Part shown: in pieces, positions 58,588 through 64,000 of the stretch
How the letters are laid out: every line of letters starts with the position of its first letter
How positions within the stretch are numbered: the stretch's first letter is position 1
Source: a bacterium
Lineage (GTDB): Bacteria; UBA8248
Direction of reading: 5' to 3'
Assembly (NCBI GenBank): GCA_965213625.1
Contig: CBDBZU010000004.1
Location: 1,248,001-1,312,000, forward strand
DNA: 64,000 bases
Notes under the pieces: model-generated
The model's database searches: none
Told to the model about the DNA's origin: nothing
What the model saw: only the letters and a program-made list of their open reading frames with translations
Made by a program: the position numbers and the translations under genes

Positions 58588-58615
58588 GTAGGGACAGGTC
58601 GCGACCTGTCCCTAC
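58588..58615. repeat. GTAG-type REP-like perfect palindrome
   Basis: GTAGGGACAGGTCGCGACCTGTCCCTAC, identical to 840-867. Confidence 0.85.
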
Positions 58616-58642
58616 AATCGGTTATTCCAATTGTGGAAATCC

Positions 58643-59035
58643 TCACAGAACCTCCTCGTCTTCCAACAGCACCTTTGCCTTCGCCTCGTCATCCGCAGTG
58701 AGGGCGACGTTCGCGTAGCCGGCGTGGCGGTTCAGGATGTGCATGCTCTGGATGTTCACGCCCGCGACCTTGAATTTCTCCGCCACCTTGGCGAGCGCGC
58801 CGGGTTCGTCGCGCAGCCTGATGATCGTCGCCTCGTCGCTGATGGCCCGGAAACCCGCGTTCATGAGTACGCGCAGGGCGCGGTCGGGCTCGTCGGTGGT
58901 CAGGATGACGACGCCCTTCTCGCCGGCGACCTCGGTGTTTATCGCCTCGATGTTGATGTCCTCATCGGCCAGCGCCTTGCTGATATCCGCGATGACGCCG
59001 ACCTCGTCGCGCACCGTGATGATGATTCGATTCAT
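58643..59035 (-). CDS. Tandem ACT domain protein
   Basis: RDEVGVIADIS..LA...INIEAI and RDEPGALAKVA......VNIQSM. Confidence 0.9.
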   Translation of the reverse strand: MNRIIITVRDEVGVIADISKALADEDINIEAINTEVAGEKGVVILTTDEPDRALRVLMNAGFRAISDEATIIRLRDEPGALAKVAEKFKVAGVNIQSMHILNRHAGYANVALTADDEAKAKVLLEDEEVL

Positions 59036-59047
59036 CCAGAATCCTCC

Positions 59048-60178
59048 TCAGGCCGTTTGCCTGTGTTTTTGCTTCACGCAGTCGTCGACGAACTCGTTCA
59101 CCATCTCGCGCGTGACGTGCGGCATGGTGATGATGTGGGCGATGTCTCCCAGCGGCGCGATTTGCCACTTGCGCATCACCTCGGCCGGGGGTCTCGGGAA
59201 GACGACCGTCACCGAGTTCTTGTGACGCCAGGCTGGAACCCCGAACTCGCCAAAGCGTTCGACCGCATATTCGGCGACCGCCAGCATCTCAGACACGAGT
59301 TCCCGGAACCCGTCCATCCCCAAGCGCTCGAAGGCGTACCACAGCATGAGCGGCGTCAGCCCGCTGCGCGAGCCGGGCAGGGTGGTGTCGAGCACGCCCA
59401 CGTATTCTATCGAGCGCGCGATGCGCGCCACGTAATCGCGCTTCGTCAGCACGACGCCGCAGGGCAGCGGACAGCCGATGAGCTTGTGGCCGCTGATGGA
59501 TACGCTGTCGAAACCGGCGTCGAACCCGTAGGGCTGCGGGTCGTCGACGAAGGGCAGGATCATGCCGCTTAAGGCGGCGTCCGCGTGTATGTAGGCGTTC
59601 GTGATAGCCAGATCGTCCAGGATGGCGCGCACCTTGCTCACGTCGTCAATGGCGCCTTTCATTGTGGAGCCGATGTTCGCCATGAAGATGACCGGCGCAT
59701 CGCGGTGGATGCGTATGGTTTCGCGGAGGTCCTCGTAGTCGATCTCCCCGTTATCGCTGCTCTTGATCATGATGTTGCGCACGTTCAGTACGCGCAGAAT
59801 CTTGAGGACGCTGTAGTGCGTGTCCTGAGAGAAGTACACCACCCCGTCCGGGAACAGTTCGCGCCCCATGTAGATGCCGTACATGTTGCCTTCGGTTCCG
59901 CCGGAGGTGACGTAGCCCCAGGCCTTTTCCTGCTCCAGATGCATCATAGAGGCGAACCGGGCGATAACCTCGCGCTCCATCTCGTGCGTGTTGCTGCGGA
60001 AATTGCTGTCGTGAAAGGGATCGCCGACGTTGTTTAAGCTGTATTCCATGAATGGCAGTAAATCCGAGTAGTCGTAATCCTGGTTGCAGGGATAGCCCAC
60101 CTGCCGCCTGCCCAGTTCTTCGAAGTCGCGTCTCAAGGCGTCGAGGTGCGCCTTGATGAGTGGATTCGGTTCATTCAT
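59048..60178 (-). CDS. hdcA: PLP-dependent histidine decarboxylase family enzyme
   Basis: GYPCN, NNVGDP, WGYVTSGGTEGN, SQDTHYS, HADAAL, SISGHK.IG, GSR; substrate inferred from family only. Confidence 0.8.
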   Translation of the reverse strand: MNEPNPLIKAHLDALRRDFEELGRRQVGYPCNQDYDYSDLLPFMEYSLNNVGDPFHDSNFRSNTHEMEREVIARFASMMHLEQEKAWGYVTSGGTEGNMYGIYMGRELFPDGVVYFSQDTHYSVLKILRVLNVRNIMIKSSDNGEIDYEDLRETIRIHRDAPVIFMANIGSTMKGAIDDVSKVRAILDDLAITNAYIHADAALSGMILPFVDDPQPYGFDAGFDSVSISGHKLIGCPLPCGVVLTKRDYVARIARSIEYVGVLDTTLPGSRSGLTPLMLWYAFERLGMDGFRELVSEMLAVAEYAVERFGEFGVPAWRHKNSVTVVFPRPPAEVMRKWQIAPLGDIAHIITMPHVTREMVNEFVDDCVKQKHRQTA

Positions 60179-60390
60179 GGCTCTAATCCTCATGCCCGCG
60201 CGCGGGAGGACGCCTCGGGTTATCGTTCAGGTGCGCCATTCTCCCGGGCGGATGATGGCGGCAAGATAAAATACCCTATTTTCGAGGGCGAGAAAACGCC
60301 AAAATGTTCGCGCGCGAGCAACAATATTGAATAGAGGTTGCATGGTGTTCGGGCCGGTCTTCGGATTATGGCGCATGGCGGTGGGAATTG

Positions 60391-60419
60391 TTGACACCAA
60401 GGGATGCCAGCCGTAAGAT
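60391..60419 (+). promoter_or_regulatory. Putative sigma70 promoter of the nuo operon
   Basis: TTGACA-17 nt-TAAGAT about 65 bp upstream of nuoA. Confidence 0.7.
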
Positions 60420-60485
60420 GCGCTCGATTTGATATCCCAAGTGGCATAAGAAAAAGTGCGTGTTCGAACGCCGTGGGGGCGGGAA

Positions 60486-60842
60486 ATGCCGGAAGAATAT
60501 ATACCCATATTGATTCTGATAGCGCTGGCGGTCGGGTTCGCCGTCGTGAACCTGGGCGTGACCTTCCTGCTGGGCAGGCGAAAGTCAACGGTGGAGAAGG
60601 ATTTCGCCTATGAGTGCGGCATCGTGCCCGAATCGAACGCGCGGGGACGCTTCAGCGTGAAATTCTTTCTGGTGGCGATATTGTTCATCGTTTTCGACGT
60701 GGAGACCATCTTCCTGTTTCCCTGGGCGGTGAACCTGAAAAGCCTGGGCGTATACGGGTTTCTCGCGATTCTGCCTTTCATGGCTTTGCTGGTGGCCAGT
60801 CTGATATACGAGTGGCGCCGGGGAGCGCTCGAATGGGACTAG
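60486..60842 (+). CDS. nuoA: NADH-quinone oxidoreductase subunit A
   Basis: [28 protein letters not shown]. Confidence 0.95.
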   Translation: MPEEYIPILILIALAVGFAVVNLGVTFLLGRRKSTVEKDFAYECGIVPESNARGRFSVKFFLVAILFIVFDVETIFLFPWAVNLKSLGVYGFLAILPFMALLVASLIYEWRRGALEWD

Positions 60843-61330
60843 AACAGCAACTCGAAGGCCAGGTGGTGCTGGGCCGCGCGACCGACGTCATCAAATGGGC
60901 GCGTAAAAACAGCCTGTGGCCCGCGCTTTTCGGGCTGGCGTGCTGCGCCATTGAGATGATGTCGACCTCGGCGGCGAAATACGACATCTCGCGCTTCGGC
61001 GCCGAGGTGTTCCGCGCATCGCCGCGCCAGGCGGATTTGATGATCGTGGCGGGCCGGGTATCGCGCAAGATGGCACCCGTGCTCCGGCAGATATACGATC
61101 AGATGCCCGAGCCGAAATGGGTGATCTCCATGGGTGCGTGCGCGTCCACGGGCGGGATATTCAACAACTACGCGCTCGTGCAGGGCGTGGACGAGGTCGT
61201 GCCCGTCGATATCTACGTGCCGGGCTGTCCGCCGCGTCCCGAAACGCTCATCGACGGGATCATGAAGCTGCAGGCGAAGATTGCGGATGAAACGCTCTAC
61301 CGAGAGGATTCCGGCGTCACCTCGCTTTAG
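60833..61330 (+). CDS. nuoB: NADH-quinone oxidoreductase subunit B
   Basis: [37 protein letters not shown]. Confidence 0.96.
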   Translation: MGLEQQLEGQVVLGRATDVIKWARKNSLWPALFGLACCAIEMMSTSAAKYDISRFGAEVFRASPRQADLMIVAGRVSRKMAPVLRQIYDQMPEPKWVISMGACASTGGIFNNYALVQGVDEVVPVDIYVPGCPPRPETLIDGIMKLQAKIADETLYREDSGVTSL

Positions 61331-61442
61331 ATGATGTGAGAAGGCTCCCCACGCCATGTGAGTAGTGATGGTCGACGCAGGGGCGGGGTGAGCGCTTTTT
61401 CGTGAAGTAAAACAAACCTTTGTGGAATGAGGGGTTGAGCCG

Positions 61443-62015
61443 TTGAGTGAAGAGGAGCGGGAGCAGGAGGAGGTCGAAGAGCCGGCCGAGGAGCCGATCG
61501 AGAAGAAAGACCCCGACCTCGTTTTGCTGCAGGCGAAAATCGGGGCCGGCTTTCTTGGAGCGACGGAACATCGCGGCCAGATTTCCGCGCAGGTCGCGCC
61601 GGACGCACTGCTCGATGCGGCGCGTTTTTTGCGTGATGAGAGAGGCTACAAGCTGCTGAGTTTCGTCTGCGGGGTGGATTGTCTGGAACTGCCGGTTTCC
61701 TACCGGTTCAAGGTGACGTATTCGCTCCTGAATCCCGAGAGACCGCGGCGTCTGCGCTTGGAAACCCCCTGCGCGGACGATCTCGAACCGGCGGTGCCCA
61801 GCGTCTGCGGGATTTGGCCGGGCGCGAGGCTCCATGAGAGCGAGGCGTACGACCTGTTGGGAATCACCTTCGAGGGGCACCCCGAGCTCGAACGCATTCT
61901 CACGCCCGAGGGCTTCGAGGGACACCCCCACCGCAAGGATTTCGATATATCTTCCGAGCCGGTGGCGTTCACGTTCAGGGATACGCCCGCCGGCAAGCCC
62001 AAGGCGGCGGAATAA
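61443..62015 (+). CDS. nuoC: NADH-quinone oxidoreductase subunit C
   Basis: E.EAYDLLGI.FEGHP.L.RIL, GHPHRKDF. Confidence 0.93.
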   Translation: MSEEEREQEEVEEPAEEPIEKKDPDLVLLQAKIGAGFLGATEHRGQISAQVAPDALLDAARFLRDERGYKLLSFVCGVDCLELPVSYRFKVTYSLLNPERPRRLRLETPCADDLEPAVPSVCGIWPGARLHESEAYDLLGITFEGHPELERILTPEGFEGHPHRKDFDISSEPVAFTFRDTPAGKPKAAE

Positions 62016-62033
62016 GGATCACGGGAGCCATTG

Positions 62034-63257
62034 ATGGCCACGCAAGCGCAAAGCACGGACCCACTCGACAGCGACATGCTCGGTCCCATCCAGACCGAGA
62101 CCATGACTCTCAACATGGGGCCGCAGCACCCGAGCACCCACGGTGTTCTGCGCGTTGTGCTCGAACTCGACGGCGAGACGGTGCTTTCGTGCAAGCCCAT
62201 CATCGGCTACCTGCATACCGGCATCGAGAAGAACATGGAGGGGAGAACCTACAACAAGGCCCTCCCCATGACCGACCGCATGGATTACCTGGCGCCCATG
62301 TCGAACAACTTGGGCTTCGTTCTGGCCGTGGAGAAGCTCCTGGATATGGAGGTTCCCCGCCGGTGCAAGTATCTGCGCGTGCTGCTTGCGGAGATGACGC
62401 GGCTGAACAGCCACCTGGTCTGGCTGGGTACCCACGCGCTCGACCTGGGCGCGATGACGGTCTTTCTCTATTGCTTCAGAGAGCGCGAGCAGCTCTTGAA
62501 GATTTTCGAGAAAGTCGCCGGCGTCCGCATGATGACAAGCTATTTCCGCGTGGGCGGCGTCGCGCGCGAGCCCTACCCGACGTTTTACGATGATTGTCGC
62601 AATTTCCTGGAACCCTTCTCAGACCGCGTGGACGAGTATGAGGAACTGCTCACGAACAACCCCATCTACAGGAGGCGCGCAGAGGGCGTTTGCGCCATGA
62701 CGGCCGATGAGGCCTATGCGCTCGGCATCACGGGGCCGCTGCTCAGAGCCTGCGGCGTTCCCTACGACATCCGAAAGAACGAGCCCTACTCGGGCTATGA
62801 GGAGTTCGACTTCGAGGTTCCCGTAGGCGAGCGGGGCGATATTCTGGACAGGTACCTGGTGCGGATAGCGGAGATGCGCGAGTCCCGGCGCATCGCCATG
62901 CAGGCGTGGGAAGGTATGCCCGAGGGGCCCCTCATGGCGGACAACCCCAAGGTGGTGCCGCCGCCCAAAGAGCAACTGGCCCACGACATGGAGGCGCTTA
63001 TCCACCACTTCAAGATATTCACCGAAGGCTACAGCGTGCCCGAGGGCGAGGTGTACCAGGCCATCGAGTCTCCCCGGGGAGAGCTTGGCTATTACATGAT
63101 CAGCGATGGCAGTCCGGGTCCTTATAAGGTAAAAGTGCGCGCGCCGAGTTTCGCGAACCTGCACTCGCTCGCCGAGATCACCCGCGGCGGGCTGATGGGC
63201 GACGTCGTTGCCGCCATCGGCAGCATCGACATCGTACTGGGCGAGATTGATCGCTAA
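62034..63257 (+). CDS. nuoD: NADH-quinone oxidoreductase subunit D
   Basis: NMGPQHPSTHGVLR, IGYLHTGIEK, DRMDY, ESPRGELG, DIVLGEIDR. Confidence 0.97.
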   Translation: MATQAQSTDPLDSDMLGPIQTETMTLNMGPQHPSTHGVLRVVLELDGETVLSCKPIIGYLHTGIEKNMEGRTYNKALPMTDRMDYLAPMSNNLGFVLAVEKLLDMEVPRRCKYLRVLLAEMTRLNSHLVWLGTHALDLGAMTVFLYCFREREQLLKIFEKVAGVRMMTSYFRVGGVAREPYPTFYDDCRNFLEPFSDRVDEYEELLTNNPIYRRRAEGVCAMTADEAYALGITGPLLRACGVPYDIRKNEPYSGYEEFDFEVPVGERGDILDRYLVRIAEMRESRRIAMQAWEGMPEGPLMADNPKVVPPPKEQLAHDMEALIHHFKIFTEGYSVPEGEVYQAIESPRGELGYYMISDGSPGPYKVKVRAPSFANLHSLAEITRGGLMGDVVAAIGSIDIVLGEIDR

Positions 63258-63281
63258 AGAGAAACAGAGGGCGGTATTGTT

Positions 63282-63890
63282 TTGGCGTTGATACGGTTTC
63301 CCCATTCCGAGCAGGAAGAACGCTTCGAGTTCTCGCCCGAGAACCGCGCGGAACTAGAGCGCATCATCGCCAAGTATCCGGTGAAGCGCTCGGCCCTCAT
63401 CCCCGCGCTCCAGCTGGCCCAGGAGCAGGAGGGCTTCATCACGAGCGCTGTGATGCAGCACGTGGCCGAGATTTTCGAGGTCTCCCCCATGGAGGTGTGG
63501 GGCGTGGTGAGCTTCTATACCATGCTCAAGACCCAGCCCATCGGCGAGTACCACGTACAGGTGTGCAACAACCTCTCGTGCGCCCTCATGGGAGCGGGCA
63601 GATTGTTGCGCGAGATCGAAAACCGCCTGGATTGCCGCACCGGACATACGCGCGAGGACGGGAAGTTCTCGATCGAGGCGGTCGAGTGCCTGGGCGCGTG
63701 CGGCGGCGCTCCGTGCGTGCAGGTGAATGAAGACTACTTCGAGCGCGTAACACCCGAGATTATGAACGACATCCTGAGCGCGCTGGAAAAAGGCGAGACA
63801 GTCTCGCCCATCGGGGCGGACGAGGTGGTATCGCCCGCTCTGGCAGGCGCCGAAGAAACAGATGGCGAAGGCCAGGGCCGAGGAGTCTGA
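63282..63890 (+). CDS. nuoE: NADH-quinone oxidoreductase subunit E
   Basis: YP.KRSALIP.L..AQ, VCNNLSC, ECLGAC. Confidence 0.93.
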   Translation: MALIRFPHSEQEERFEFSPENRAELERIIAKYPVKRSALIPALQLAQEQEGFITSAVMQHVAEIFEVSPMEVWGVVSFYTMLKTQPIGEYHVQVCNNLSCALMGAGRLLREIENRLDCRTGHTREDGKFSIEAVECLGACGGAPCVQVNEDYFERVTPEIMNDILSALEKGETVSPIGADEVVSPALAGAEETDGEGQGRGV

Positions 63891-63892
63891 AG

Positions 63893-64000
63893 ATGGCGTT
63901 GGTTCTGGAAAAAATCGTGACGAGCCGGTTCGACAACCCCGATGCGCCTCAAATCGCGGGTTATGAAGCCACGGGCGGCTATGAGGCGTTACGGAAGCTC
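63893..64000 (+). CDS. nuoF: NADH-quinone oxidoreductase subunit F, N-terminal fragment (runs off the window)
   Basis: MALVLEKIVTSRFDNPDAPQIAGYEATGGYEALRKL; position after nuoE and the GGY.AL motif. Confidence 0.8.
   Translation, partial: MALVLEKIVTSRFDNPDAPQIAGYEATGGYEALRKL

Overview
GC-rich bacterial chromosomal window with about 60 CDS. I saw no rRNA, tRNA or CRISPR. In order it carries: the end of a TRAP permease; an ATP-grasp/alpha-E/transglutaminase trio; futalosine menaquinone genes (mqnE, mqnA, mqnC, a deaminase); crcB, bioF, two CoA-transferase pairs, pduO, a pgsA-like gene, rluB, a KamA-like radical SAM gene and scpAB; several amidohydrolases; a two-gene Co-type nitrile hydratase/thiocyanate hydrolase-like locus; a PLP histidine decarboxylase; and the start of the nuo operon. 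Two in-frame TGA selenoprotein genes are missed or split by the ORF track: a CMD/AhpD-like CxxU gene at 17282-17554(-) and a PrdB/GrdB-like UxxC gene at 50852-51763(-). The most striking structure is a nested mobile-DNA system. Three 1520-bp IS1182-family copies each sit, with a 5-bp duplication, in the loop of a C6...G6 hairpin repeat. Those hairpins are carried inside short non-coding elements that have IS1182-like ends, several with their own target duplications. Two inverted arms bracket a 3.8-kb gene cassette, flanked by GACAA, that contains the CMD selenoprotein gene. All product calls come from motif recognition by eye; no database search was run.
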